Shown here piece by piece: positions 18,628 to 28,793 of a stretch of 64,000 nucleotides of DNA; within the stretch, counting starts at the first letter, position 1; each line of letters starts with the position of its first letter. The notes under the pieces were generated by a model. That model had not been told where the DNA came from and did not search any database. It saw nothing but the letters and a program-made list of their open reading frames with translations. Both the position numbers and the translations under genes were made by a program. Origin of the DNA: Clostridia bacterium (GTDB taxonomy: Bacteria; Bacillota; Clostridia; Oscillospirales; CAG-272); assembly GCA_017504625.1 (NCBI GenBank), contig JAFVQU010000012.1:13112-77111 (forward strand). The letters are read 5' to 3'.

Positions 18628-19632
18628 ATGCGGAGGATAAGAATTGCGCAGATAGGCGTAAATCAGTACAGCCACGGGCCTGAGATGTTCACAAATCTCA
18701 CACAGCTCAGTGATATTTTCGAGGTGGTCGGCTACGCGCTTGTCGAGGACGAGCGTGAGCGTTGCGCCGACAAGCTCCACGTTTTCGAGGGTTATCCCGA
18801 GCTTTCACTTGAGGAGATTCTCAATGATGAGACGATCGAGGCAGTCACCGTTGAGGTCGACGAGATACACCTCAACAAATACACTCAGATGGCAGTTGAC
18901 GCGGGTAAGCATATCCATATGGAAAAGCCGGGCAGTCAAGATCTTGCCTCATTCGAGAAGCTGATTGACAGTGTCAAGAAAAGCGGCAAGGTATTCCACA
19001 TCGGCTATATGTACCGATATAACGAATTTCTCGATGCGGCAGTCAAGGACGCACAGGACGGAAAATTCGGCACTATATTCAGTGTTGAAGCCCACATGAG
19101 CCGCTGGGATAACAAAACCACGCGCGAGTGGCTCGGCACGTTTAAGGGCGGCATGATGTTCTATCTTGGCTGTCACCTTGTCGACCTTGTTCTACGAATC
19201 CAAGGCACGCCCGACGAGGTAATACCCGCAAACGTATCTTCGGGAATTGCGGGAGTTGACACGGAGGACGTAAGCTTCGCAATGCTGAAATATCCACACG
19301 GTGTTTCAATTATACGCACGACAGCCTGTGAGGTAGGCGGATTCTTCCGCCGCCAGCTCGTCATCTGTGGCTCGAAGCGCACGCTTGAGATAAAGCCGAT
19401 CGAGGGAATCGAAAACGGACTTTACACCGAGCAGACCGATAAGGTCATGAAAGGCTCAAGCGGTAGCTACGGCGAGGTCGAGCACAAGAGAAGCGAGCCC
19501 TTCAGCCGATACTATAAAATGTTAAGTTCCTTTGCCGCTATGGTGCGCGGTGAATGTGATAATCCCTACAGTCCCGATTACGAGCTCGAGCTTTATAAGA
19601 CGATACTCAAGTGCTGTGGGGTAGAAAATTAA
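18628..19632 (+). CDS. Gfo/Idh/MocA oxidoreductase
   Basis: GKHIHMEKP, GYMYRY, GGMMFYLGCHLVD. Confidence 0.9.
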   Translation: MRRIRIAQIGVNQYSHGPEMFTNLTQLSDIFEVVGYALVEDERERCADKLHVFEGYPELSLEEILNDETIEAVTVEVDEIHLNKYTQMAVDAGKHIHMEKPGSQDLASFEKLIDSVKKSGKVFHIGYMYRYNEFLDAAVKDAQDGKFGTIFSVEAHMSRWDNKTTREWLGTFKGGMMFYLGCHLVDLVLRIQGTPDEVIPANVSSGIAGVDTEDVSFAMLKYPHGVSIIRTTACEVGGFFRRQLVICGSKRTLEIKPIEGIENGLYTEQTDKVMKGSSGSYGEVEHKRSEPFSRYYKMLSSFAAMVRGECDNPYSPDYELELYKTILKCCGVEN

Positions 19633-19648
19633 AACAGGAGATATAAAT

Positions 19649-20632
19649 ATGAAAGCAATACTTGTAAATGACGACAGAAGTCTTCGCTGGGACAACGTGC
19701 CCGACGCGGTATGCGGTGACGAGGACGTTCTTGTAAAAATAGAAGCGGCGGCGCTCAACCGCGCCGACCTTATGCAGAGAGAGGGCGACTATCCCCCTCC
19801 CCCCGGCGCGCCCGAATGGATGGGACTTGAGATTGCGGGAACTATCATCGAGGTTGGAAAACTTGCCGCTGAAAAATCGAATTGGAAGATCGGCGACAAG
19901 GTCTGCGCCCTGCTTGGCGGCGGCGGTTATGCCGAAATGGTCAACGTCAAATACGATATGTGTATGCCCGTGCCCGAAAACTGCTCGGTAGTTGAGGCGG
20001 CGGCTATCCCCGAGGCGTTCGCAACGGCGTACCTCAACCTCTTTATCGAGGGCAACATTAAGAAGGGCAATACCCTGCTTATGAACGCAGGGGCAAGCGG
20101 ACTTGCAAGCGTTATCATCCCTATGGCAAAGGCATTTGGCATCAGAGTTATCACGACGGTTCTATCCGACGAGATCGCCGCATCGATAGATCACTTGAAT
20201 GCCGACGTAGTAGTCAACACTACGAAGGAGGATATTTCCGAGGTTCTCCGTCGAGAAATGGAAAACGGTCACCCAGTTGACGTCGCTATCGACTGTCTTG
20301 GCGGCGAAATCATGGGCAAGTGCCTTCACTACCTCTCGCACGGCGCGAGATGGATCATGATCGCCTCGCTCGCGGGCAGAATGACCGAGATCGACCTCAA
20401 GAACATCTACGTCCGTAACGTGCGCATCATCGGAAGCACACTCCGTTCCCGCACACCCGAGGTCAAGGCACATATTCTCGCAAGTCTTGTCGAAAAGGTC
20501 TGGCCCAAGGTTGCTACGGGCGAGGTCAAGCCGACTATCTGGGCAACCCTGCCGATAACCGAAGCTGAGGCTGCTCACGATATTCTCTACAAGGGACAAA
20601 ACGTCGGAAAAGTCGTTCTGACGGTTGAATAA
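19649..20632 (+). CDS. NAD(P)H-quinone oxidoreductase (zeta-crystallin/PIG3-like)
   Basis: NRADLMQREGDYPPPPG, GGGYAE, GSTLRSR, GKVVL. Confidence 0.92.
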   Translation: MKAILVNDDRSLRWDNVPDAVCGDEDVLVKIEAAALNRADLMQREGDYPPPPGAPEWMGLEIAGTIIEVGKLAAEKSNWKIGDKVCALLGGGGYAEMVNVKYDMCMPVPENCSVVEAAAIPEAFATAYLNLFIEGNIKKGNTLLMNAGASGLASVIIPMAKAFGIRVITTVLSDEIAASIDHLNADVVVNTTKEDISEVLRREMENGHPVDVAIDCLGGEIMGKCLHYLSHGARWIMIASLAGRMTEIDLKNIYVRNVRIIGSTLRSRTPEVKAHILASLVEKVWPKVATGEVKPTIWATLPITEAEAAHDILYKGQNVGKVVLTVE

Positions 20633-20635
20633 AAG

Positions 20636-20670
20636 AAAAGCACCTCAATGCGATGCATTGAGGTGCTTTT
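20636..20670. terminator. Bidirectional terminator
   Basis: aaaagcacctcaatgc-gat-gcattgaggtgctttt. Confidence 0.8.
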
Positions 20671-20671
20671 G

Positions 20672-21733
20672 TCACATCATTCCGATTATAAGCGGTATTA
20701 CTCCGAGCGCGGTGATGACAAGATCTCTTGCTTTTAGTTTAAAGCTTCTTCTGTATATAACGTACCCTATTATCATCATCATAAATACGAGAATGGTCAC
20801 GATCTCAATAGATCCGATCATTGTAATCAAGCTATATCCGTACAACGGAATAAGTAAACGGTATCCGAGATACGAATCGCTTATCTCTCCTGCTTTGTTA
20901 GCTCCTTTTCGGGCAAATGTTACGAAATATCCTATCAAGCACGCGATACCGATCACTCCCCACGCAATAAAGAAACCAAACTGTGAGCGGTATATTCCCG
21001 CATAGGTAAAGTTGTTCCAACCCGACTGATTTACTTCAATAAGCGACTGGAATATCACGGTAAGATTATTTAGCGGCGCGTACACCATTCCCCATTCGGG
21101 AATCTGAGAAAGCCTGCGGGAAAGCATGTAGATCTCATAATTGCCCTCCTGTATATAAAGCGGTTTTGTCAGCGCGTACACTGCATACATAACCACCCAA
21201 AGCACAAACATCCAAAGCACCGACATAATGATGCCATCCGCAACCGTGTTCGCCTGAATAAATATAAACGAAAAGAACGAATAGATCACAAATCCGAGCA
21301 AAATCGAAAGGAAATAGTACCCAACAAGGTAATAAAGTTCAAAGAAGTCGGTATTTATCGCGAGATATATGCCCGAAATTGCAAAGGTCACGGTGTAGAT
21401 AAAGATGCATTGGATAAATCCGCCGATAAAGTGTGCGGCCGCCATTTTCTCCCTCTTTATTGGGAAAAAATAAAGCGTGTCAAGATTACGGCGGTTTTTA
21501 AACCCCATATTTTCAAGCATCGGTATAATCGTGCATACTATTCCAAGCACAACAGCAAGAATATATATTCCCGTAGACGCGTATTTTATATGTTCAATAT
21601 CACCGTAATACTCTATGCTTTCGGATATGACCGACTGTGTAAGAATCACCGAAAGAACGGTCAGAACGAGCGTGCGAAGCGCGGAATTCTCAAGTCGATA
21701 CCAAAGATATCTTAAAAAATTGCTCTTTTTCAT
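20672..21733 (-). CDS. ABC transporter permease (YtrC-like)
   Basis: Multi-TM protein with DTLYFFPIKR motif; overlaps the ATPase gene. Confidence 0.75.
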   Translation of the reverse strand: MKKSNFLRYLWYRLENSALRTLVLTVLSVILTQSVISESIEYYGDIEHIKYASTGIYILAVVLGIVCTIIPMLENMGFKNRRNLDTLYFFPIKREKMAAAHFIGGFIQCIFIYTVTFAISGIYLAINTDFFELYYLVGYYFLSILLGFVIYSFFSFIFIQANTVADGIIMSVLWMFVLWVVMYAVYALTKPLYIQEGNYEIYMLSRRLSQIPEWGMVYAPLNNLTVIFQSLIEVNQSGWNNFTYAGIYRSQFGFFIAWGVIGIACLIGYFVTFARKGANKAGEISDSYLGYRLLIPLYGYSLITMIGSIEIVTILVFMMMIIGYVIYRRSFKLKARDLVITALGVIPLIIGMM

Positions 21734-22611
21734 ACCTTATACCCCCTTCCCTCGACCTCGCGGATAAACATTTCTTCAAAATCCATAGGCATCTGCTCGA
21801 CTATCGCGGGAGAGAGCTTTTCAAGCGCTTTTTTCATATCGTCCTCCTTGCCCTCAAGCACGATACGCGCAAATCTGCCTGTTTTTTCAAGCGATATCAC
21901 AGGCAAGCCGAAGAAAATCTGCTCCGAAAAATCCTCAAAGAACGCAAGCTGGAACTTGCAATATCTGTTAACTCGCTCGGCAATATCACCCGACGACGCG
22001 ATAGTCATTTTGTCAATAAGCGCGTACGAATCGCAAAAATCCTCAAGCTCGCGGAGAGAATGGCTCGATATGATAACAGTCGTTCCGTACTCCTCGGCAG
22101 CTTGGTTTATCGCCCTCTTGAACGAAAGTCGCGCCAAGGGATCAAGTCCGTCGAACGCCTCGTCAAGCAAAAGATATTTAGGCTTGACAGAGAGCGCGAG
22201 CGCAATATAAAGCTGTCGCCTCATGCCCTTTGAAAAGTTGCGTATAGGCTTCTTTTCGTCAAGCTTAAACTCACTCATATATTCAAGAAAGACCTTGCGG
22301 TCAATATCGGGATAAAATACGCGATAAAGCTCGAAGAGCGCCTTTCCCGTCGTGTGTCCCGTAAAATATGGATCGTCGGGCAGGAAAAATAGCCTTTCAC
22401 GCGCTTTTTCATCGCCGATCGGCAGTCCGTCGCAAAAAATTTCTCCCTCGTCGGCACTGTAAACACCCGAGATAAGACGGAGAAGTGTCGTTTTGCCGGC
22501 TCCGTTGATGCCGACAAGTCCCATAATACTCCCCTCGGGAAGCGTAAGATTTATATCATTAAGTATCAGTTTGCCACCAAGACTGTGGCAGAGATTTTTG
22601 ATCTCAATCAT
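21730..22611 (-). CDS. ABC transporter ATP-binding protein (YtrB-like)
   Basis: GINGAGKTT, FSKGMRR, LLDEAFDGLD. Confidence 0.92.
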   Translation of the reverse strand: MIEIKNLCHSLGGKLILNDINLTLPEGSIMGLVGINGAGKTTLLRLISGVYSADEGEIFCDGLPIGDEKARERLFFLPDDPYFTGHTTGKALFELYRVFYPDIDRKVFLEYMSEFKLDEKKPIRNFSKGMRRQLYIALALSVKPKYLLLDEAFDGLDPLARLSFKRAINQAAEEYGTTVIISSHSLRELEDFCDSYALIDKMTIASSGDIAERVNRYCKFQLAFFEDFSEQIFFGLPVISLEKTGRFARIVLEGKEDDMKKALEKLSPAIVEQMPMDFEEMFIREVEGRGYKV

Positions 22612-22960
22612 TTTCTCCGTATACCTCCTCTATCCATTTTTGTAAGGTCGCCTTGCTGATTCCCATGTCGCGAAAGGCGTAGATTATATTCTTTTTGTCG
22701 GGCTCGCTTGCCCTTTCGCTTTGATCTTCGCCGTATGTGACGAACGCGCCCTTCTTCGGCAAGGATTTGATATACCCCTCCTCCTCAAGCTTTGAGTAGG
22801 CGCGCGCCACGGTATTGGGATTTACCGACATCTCGCACGCCGCCTCTCTGACCGAGGGGAGCTTTTCGCCGTTCTTGATGATACCGAGCTTAATATACTC
22901 CTTGTATTTCTCGGCTATTTCAAGATATACGTCCTGCTTGCCCGAAAAATTCAGCTGCAT
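22604..22960 (-). CDS. GntR family regulator, YtrA subfamily
   Basis: LPSVRE..VNPNTVARAY motif; short C-terminus; upstream of ABC genes. Confidence 0.92.
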   Translation of the reverse strand: MQLNFSGKQDVYLEIAEKYKEYIKLGIIKNGEKLPSVREAACEMSVNPNTVARAYSKLEEEGYIKSLPKKGAFVTYGEDQSERASEPDKKNIIYAFRDMGISKATLQKWIEEVYGEND

Positions 22961-22990
22961 CTTGCTCCTCCTTTCGTTTCTGTTGTGTCA

Positions 22991-23052
22991 AACTGTATTA
23001 TCTGTATTAACTGCTCTATCTGTATTATAACAACTCGCTCACGTCTTGTCAA
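22991..23052 (-). promoter_or_regulatory. Sigma-A promoter with four 9-bp tandem repeats (likely GntR operator)
   Basis: TTGACA-17-TATAAT; aactgtatt-atctgtatt-aactgctct-atctgtatt at 22991-23026. Confidence 0.7.
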
Positions 23053-23080
23053 TAGGGTTTTTAAAATTTTTCAAAAAAAT

Positions 23081-23104
23081 ATCGGGCGGATCTCTCCGCC
23101 CGAT
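23081..23104 (-). terminator. Terminator of glutamine synthetase
   Basis: atcgggcgga-tctc-tccgcccgat flanked by A/T tracts. Confidence 0.7.
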
Positions 23105-23164
23105 GTTTTCTTTTTATCTTGTAAGCTTAAAAACAACACCGTCGTTTTATTGAAGTAAAACGCG

Positions 23165-25258
23165 TTACTGCTTCATCGTCATCTCGCCGTAGGAGGGCAA
23201 GGGCCAGATGTCCGCGGGAACGATTCCCTCCGCCTCGTCAACTGCCGCGCGAAGCTCTCGCATAAGCGGAACTACCTTTTCCTTGTACGAGAATGCTGAC
23301 GCATCCGACTCCTTTATTGCCGCCGACTCCTGCGCCTTAAGTGAAAGTCTTTCCGCCTTATCGTATGCGATATGCGCAAGTCTTGAAAGCCTCGTTACTA
23401 TCGCGCGCTCAAGCTCTGTTCCCACACTGCCGCCAAATACGCTTGCCTTATCCCTTGCGATCGCGGAAAGCGAGCCGATATACTGCTCTATTGCGGGGAT
23501 GATTCTTTTGTTGGTCATATCGACCATCGTTTTTGCCTCGATGTCGATAATGTTGGAGTAATTTTCGTACATTATCTCCTCGCGCGCGTGAAGCTCTACC
23601 TCGCTCATTACACCGAATTCGGTAAAGAGCGCAACATTCTTCTCCTTGGTCAGATATTCAAGCGCATCGACCGAGGTGCGAAGATTGAGCAGTCCTCTTT
23701 TCTCTGCCTCAATCGGCCAAGCCTTAGAATAACCGTTTCCGTTGAATATTATTCTCTTGTGCGCCTTAAGCGTTTTCTTTATAAGCGCTCTTGCCGCGCT
23801 CTCAATATCACTTTTGCCCTCAAGCTCGTTGGCAAAATCCTTTAACACCTTTGCCGTCGCGGTATTGAGCACGATGTTTGACATCGCGATATTCTGCGAT
23901 GAGCCAACCATTCTGAATTCAAACTTATTACCCGTGAACGCAAAGGGCGAGGTTCTGTTTCTGTCGGTCGAGTCGTATCTGAAGGTAGGCACGCTCGGCA
24001 CGCCGAGGTCCATAGTTCTTCTCGCCTTGTCCTGATAATCAATATCACCGACTATCGCCTCGATAAGCTCCTCAAGCTCATCTCCAAGAAATATAGATAC
24101 TATCGCAGGGGGTGCTTCGTCAGCGCCAAGACGGTGATCGTTTCCGGGGATCGCGACCGACAAGCGAAGAAGATCCTGATAATCGTCGACCGCCTTGATA
24201 ACAGCCGAGAGGAAGATCAGAAATCTCGTGTTTGACGCGGGATTTTTACCGGGGCTGAAAAGATTTATACCCGTATCGGTCGCTATCGACCAGTTATTAT
24301 GCTTGCCCGAGCCGTTAAGAGTGGCGTAGGGCTTTTCATGGAGGAGCGCGACGAGTCCGTGTCGCTCTGCAACTCGCTTTATCATCTCCATAATGATAAG
24401 GTTCTGGTCAACGGCTACGTTACAGGTAGTAAATATCGGTGCAAGCTCGTGCTGCGATGGAGCGACCTCGTTATGCTTTGTCTTTGAGGTAATTCCAAGC
24501 TCCCAAAGCTCCCTATCAAGCTCTGCCATAAACGCGCCTATCTTGGTCTTAAGCGGGCCGTAGTAGTGATCCTCAAGCTGCTGATTTTTAGGTGCGGGGC
24601 AGCCAAAGAGGGTTCTGCCCGTGTAGAGCAAGTCCTCACGCTGCTCGTAATATTCTTTATTTATAAGGAAATATTCCTGCTCAACTCCCGACGATGCCGC
24701 AACTCGCGACGCGGTGTTATCTCCAAGCAAGGAAAGTATATGCAAGGACTGCTCGCTTATCGCGTCCATCGAGCGCAAAAGCGGAGTTTTGGTATCAAGC
24801 GCGTCACCCGTGTAGGAGCAGAAAACGGTGGGAATATAGAGAGTTCCGTCCTTAATAAAGGCATAGGACGAGGGATCCCACGCGGTATATCCGCGCGCGT
24901 TGCAGGTTTCACGCAGTCCGCCCGAGGGGAAGGACGATGCGTCAGATTCGCCCTTGATAAGTTCCTTGCCCGAAAACTCCATGACCACCTTATCGCCGCC
25001 TATGGGCGAGATAAAGGAATCGTGCTTTTCAGCCGTCATATTAGTGAGGGGCTGGAACCAATGCGTATAGTGTGTCGCGCCCTTCTCTACCGCCCAGTCC
25101 TTCATCGCGTTTGCAACGACGTTAGCGATAGAAACGTCTATCATCTTACCGGTCTGTATGGTATCAGTCAGGGACTTATACACGTCCTTGGGAAGTCTTT
25201 GGCGCATAATGGCGTCGTTAAATACCATAGAGCCGAACATCTCGGGAATATTTACCAT
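23165..25258 (-). CDS. glnA: Glutamine synthetase type III
   Basis: HYTHWFQP, EQEYF, HNEVAP, NGSGKHNNWS, DRNRTSPFAFTGNKFEFR; alternative in-frame start at 25303. Confidence 0.95.
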   Translation of the reverse strand: MVNIPEMFGSMVFNDAIMRQRLPKDVYKSLTDTIQTGKMIDVSIANVVANAMKDWAVEKGATHYTHWFQPLTNMTAEKHDSFISPIGGDKVVMEFSGKELIKGESDASSFPSGGLRETCNARGYTAWDPSSYAFIKDGTLYIPTVFCSYTGDALDTKTPLLRSMDAISEQSLHILSLLGDNTASRVAASSGVEQEYFLINKEYYEQREDLLYTGRTLFGCPAPKNQQLEDHYYGPLKTKIGAFMAELDRELWELGITSKTKHNEVAPSQHELAPIFTTCNVAVDQNLIIMEMIKRVAERHGLVALLHEKPYATLNGSGKHNNWSIATDTGINLFSPGKNPASNTRFLIFLSAVIKAVDDYQDLLRLSVAIPGNDHRLGADEAPPAIVSIFLGDELEELIEAIVGDIDYQDKARRTMDLGVPSVPTFRYDSTDRNRTSPFAFTGNKFEFRMVGSSQNIAMSNIVLNTATAKVLKDFANELEGKSDIESAARALIKKTLKAHKRIIFNGNGYSKAWPIEAEKRGLLNLRTSVDALEYLTKEKNVALFTEFGVMSEVELHAREEIMYENYSNIIDIEAKTMVDMTNKRIIPAIEQYIGSLSAIARDKASVFGGSVGTELERAIVTRLSRLAHIAYDKAERLSLKAQESAAIKESDASAFSYKEKVVPLMRELRAAVDEAEGIVPADIWPLPSYGEMTMKQ

Positions 25259-25370
25259 AAAAACACCGCCTTTCATCAGTCGGTCGTCGCACGAATGCGA
25301 CATAAAAAATTCCTTTCTATTATATACCCATTGTCAAATTTTGTCAAGGTAGCGCGTAAGATTTTGAGCA

Positions 25371-25399
25371 AAAAAGAGCCGACGGTGCCGTCGGCTCTC
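25371..25399 (-). terminator. Terminator of the XRE gene
   Basis: agagccgacgg-ca-ccgtcggctct followed by a T tract on the minus strand. Confidence 0.75.
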
Positions 25400-25411
25400 A
25401 TTCAATATAAA

Positions 25412-26032
25412 TTACTCTTTATCAAGGCTTAAGACTTTCTTCTGCCAGGACTTTTCTTGGCACTTAGGGCAGCGCATCTTTCTCGTTCTGCCCATATGAG
25501 GCGCAAGATTAACCGCCTTAAATGTCGGAACGTATCTGTGTCCGCATTTTTTACACTCGTAATATCCCGCCTTCTGCTCGATCTTGAGCATAAACGGCAT
25601 CGCGACGAGCAAAGGTACAAGTCCGGCGAGAATAATTACGACTCTCTGCCATTCCGCAAGATTTTCTGCGTACGCCGCAACGACAGCGCCACCGAGCAAC
25701 ATCACTATGCCAAGTACGCCTACAAGGATCTCCACACGAAGAAGATTTCTGTCTGCCTCCTCCTTCTGCTTTTTCATTTCAAGCAAGTTTTTTTCAAGCT
25801 CTTTGTTGTAATTTTCCATTGAAACTACCTCCCCACTTAATAAATCGTTTACCGTGATCGAGAGCAGTCCGCAAAGATCAAGCATTATAGACGAATCGGG
25901 CAACGATCGCCCCGTTTCCCACTTCGACACGGCTCTGTCGGTGATATTCAGCTTTTCGGCAAGCTCTGCCTGAGTTAAGCCCTGCGCTCGACGGCGCTCG
26001 GATATGAACTTTCCGATTTTGATCTGATCCAT
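25412..26032 (-). CDS. XRE-family HTH regulator with two TM helices and a C-terminal zinc ribbon
   Basis: LTQAELAEKLNITDRAVSKWETG; CKKC and CPKC; start at MDQIKIG after aaagggg. Confidence 0.88.
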   Translation of the reverse strand: MDQIKIGKFISERRRAQGLTQAELAEKLNITDRAVSKWETGRSLPDSSIMLDLCGLLSITVNDLLSGEVVSMENYNKELEKNLLEMKKQKEEADRNLLRVEILVGVLGIVMLLGGAVVAAYAENLAEWQRVVIILAGLVPLLVAMPFMLKIEQKAGYYECKKCGHRYVPTFKAVNLAPHMGRTRKMRCPKCQEKSWQKKVLSLDKE

Positions 26033-26201
26033 AGCAAACTCACCCCTTTCGCTATCAGTATAACATTTCGTGGGCAAAAATCCACATACCAACGGTTGAG
26101 TTGGGAGAAAAACAACTCGCGGTGTGTATTTTTTAACAGCGTATAACTAATTATACCACAAAGTGGCAGAGGGAGCAACCCCTCCGCCACAAATTCACTC
26201 A

Positions 26202-28793
26202 TCAATCTATCAATATGACCGACACGGATATATCGTCGGGCGTGCGGTCGGCGGGATAATTTTTAGCCGCCTTTGCAAGTAGCTCGTCGCGTATCCTCTC
26301 ACAAATTTTATTTTTGTCCTCGTCGATCTCTCCCGTTTTGCTCTTCGCGCTCTTTTTTGCGTATGCACAAAGGTATTCGACAAGCCAAGCGCAATCCTCG
26401 CTGTCGGGACAGCAGCCATCGCTTATCATAACGACAAGGTCACCCTTTTGAGTGTCAAATCTCGTTATTCGCGCGTCGGCATCCTTGATAATGCCAACCG
26501 GCATAGTGCGCGAGCTTATCTTGTAAACGGTACCGCCGCGCGCCACGTAGGTGGGAGCCGCGCCGCTCTTGATAAAGGATGCGGAGCCGTTCATAAGGTC
26601 AAGCTCAAAAAGATCTACGGTCGCAGAGCATTCAGCCCCAACACCGAGATTTTCCGAGCGTATGACGTTATTGAGCATGCGGAGAGTTATATCGGCTCTG
26701 TTACCCGCGCAAAGCATTTTTTCAATAAACATAGCGCAGACGTTTGACGTAAACGCCGCATCACCGCCGCTTCCCATTCCGTCGCTTATCAATGAATAAA
26801 AATATGAAGCATCTGTCAGAAACGCGCTTGTGGTATCGCCGCAGACCTCCTCTATCTCTGCAGAAAAGGGATCGATCGCAACGTACTCGTCAACCAGATC
26901 GTCGCTTTGCTCCTCCTTTGCCGTATTACCTCCCCCGTGCGCGCAATACGCCTTTATAGACGGCTTTGAATGCATTATCATGATGTTTCCGTCCTTGCCT
27001 ATCTCAAAGGTCGGCTCGCCGAGCTCCGCGCCGACGATCTTTGATATCTCTCGGCGAATCTCTGCCGATTTCTCGGAGCTTATCTTATCGCCCGACACAA
27101 CTCCGCGCGCGACAACGTGACGGCATCTCTTTCCGTAAACTACGACTCCGCGCGGTCGCATTCCCGCCGTCAACAGTATATCAAACACCTTGCCACTCTC
27201 CTCGATATTGCTCTCGTACTCCTCCGAGCCGTTTTCAAGCGCGTCCTTGAGAATCGTGGTAATATCGCCGTAATTCATGGAAAAAATATTCGCCTTTTCG
27301 CCTCTGATTACCTCCTCGGTCGTTCTTTGTATCGAGCGATTTACCTCGTCAACTATCCTCTCGTGGCGCAAGCAGACCGAGCGGAAGCTCTCGGGCAGGC
27401 TATCCTTATCAACGCTTCCCTTTTTGTGAAGCTCAGAGCTTACTTTATTTATCGCGTCAAGCGTTTTTTCGTATCCCGTTCCAAGACAGATCTCACGGTT
27501 TCGGCATCCCTCGCAGTGCTTTTCAAACGAGGTCTCGGCAATTCTCTTGATGCCGAGCAAGTCGGTGCGGCGGAATCTGTCGCTGAGCTTGTAAAAGGTC
27601 TCGGAGAGTGATGAAAACGCGCCCGAAAGTGCCTCAAGTCTGTCGTAAGCGACCTCGTTTTTGGTCTTTTCGGTGACCGCCTCGGCAAAATATATGCCGC
27701 TGAGCGCCAATCCGTCGTAAAGATGCGGCGCACTCATCATCTCTCTGTATTTATCGGCTATGTAATAAAACGGTATTGCCAGAAGCATCGGCGGCAGATA
27801 TGCGAGCAGCCCTCTCTCCCCTCCTATATAGTAACACCACACGACGATAAGCGCGCAGACCGCGGGAAGTCCCATATTGCGCTTGACCGCGGACACAAGA
27901 CAGAAAAGCAGAGCCATCAGAAAAAGCAGAGGAAGATAGATTATTTCAAGCGCCGCTCCGCAAACAAGCGCGGTAAGACCGCCGTACAAAATTCCGTTTC
28001 CCGAGCAGACGAAAAGCGTAATAAGCGTTGCGAGAAAGGGTGCCATCGGCATTCCGAGAAGAGATCTGTCATGCCCCGCCAAAACGCAAAGAAAAAATAT
28101 TGCTCCAAGCGAGATAATCCTATGTATCTTGTCAAAGCCTTCCCACTTGCCTATTTTCGCTATCTCTCGCTCCCTGCCGAAAAACCCCGAAAGAGCAAGT
28201 GTTATTATCGGCACGGCAAAGGTCAGGAGAAGCGTCTGCATCGCGCTGTAAAATGAAAAATCCGCCACGGTGACAAGATAAACTCCAACGATAAGTCCTC
28301 CCACCGCGCCTGAAATAACCCGTATTCCAAGGCTATCGTCAAAAATGTCCTCCTTGCTTAAACGCTCATTTTTGCTCTCGTCTATCGCCTTGTCGCCGTA
28401 TTTTACAATCGCGCGGCTTTGCTTTTCCTCTCTCAAAAGCCGCATCGAAAGAAGCGCGACAACTCGCATAGCAAGTATTGAAACCGCCGCCAGATAATAG
28501 ATCGCGGGAATGCTCCCCCCGATCGCGCTTGCCGCCACGCCTGCCACTATCGGCAAAAGAAAGCGCTTGTGTGAGCAAACAAGCGAGAGCATAATCGGAT
28601 ATATCCCAAGCGGAAGCGCTACTCCCGACAAAAGATAAGCCGTTGCCGCGACGAGAAAAAATCTCACCGTCACGCGCAGTCGCTCCCTTACCTCGTCCTC
28701 ATTTTTTTGTTCAAGCCTTTTGGCTATTCTCTTGAATAAACCCTCTTGCTTAGCGCCCTCCTCATAAGCGCGCTTTTTTTCGGTATTCTGCAT
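26202..28793 (-). CDS. spoIIE: Stage II sporulation protein E (membrane PP2C phosphatase)
   Basis: About 10 TM segments, CxxC..C central domain, SDGMGSG, ATVDL, KSGAAP, SDG and DDIS motifs. Confidence 0.85.
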   Translation of the reverse strand: MQNTEKKRAYEEGAKQEGLFKRIAKRLEQKNEDEVRERLRVTVRFFLVAATAYLLSGVALPLGIYPIMLSLVCSHKRFLLPIVAGVAASAIGGSIPAIYYLAAVSILAMRVVALLSMRLLREEKQSRAIVKYGDKAIDESKNERLSKEDIFDDSLGIRVISGAVGGLIVGVYLVTVADFSFYSAMQTLLLTFAVPIITLALSGFFGREREIAKIGKWEGFDKIHRIISLGAIFFLCVLAGHDRSLLGMPMAPFLATLITLFVCSGNGILYGGLTALVCGAALEIIYLPLLFLMALLFCLVSAVKRNMGLPAVCALIVVWCYYIGGERGLLAYLPPMLLAIPFYYIADKYREMMSAPHLYDGLALSGIYFAEAVTEKTKNEVAYDRLEALSGAFSSLSETFYKLSDRFRRTDLLGIKRIAETSFEKHCEGCRNREICLGTGYEKTLDAINKVSSELHKKGSVDKDSLPESFRSVCLRHERIVDEVNRSIQRTTEEVIRGEKANIFSMNYGDITTILKDALENGSEEYESNIEESGKVFDILLTAGMRPRGVVVYGKRCRHVVARGVVSGDKISSEKSAEIRREISKIVGAELGEPTFEIGKDGNIMIMHSKPSIKAYCAHGGGNTAKEEQSDDLVDEYVAIDPFSAEIEEVCGDTTSAFLTDASYFYSLISDGMGSGGDAAFTSNVCAMFIEKMLCAGNRADITLRMLNNVIRSENLGVGAECSATVDLFELDLMNGSASFIKSGAAPTYVARGGTVYKISSRTMPVGIIKDADARITRFDTQKGDLVVMISDGCCPDSEDCAWLVEYLCAYAKKSAKSKTGEIDEDKNKICERIRDELLAKAAKNYPADRTPDDISVSVILID

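Noticed and set aside
25265-25290. CTGATGA resembling a hammerhead ribozyme core
   Set aside because: No stem II followed by GAAA, and no compatible stems I and III.
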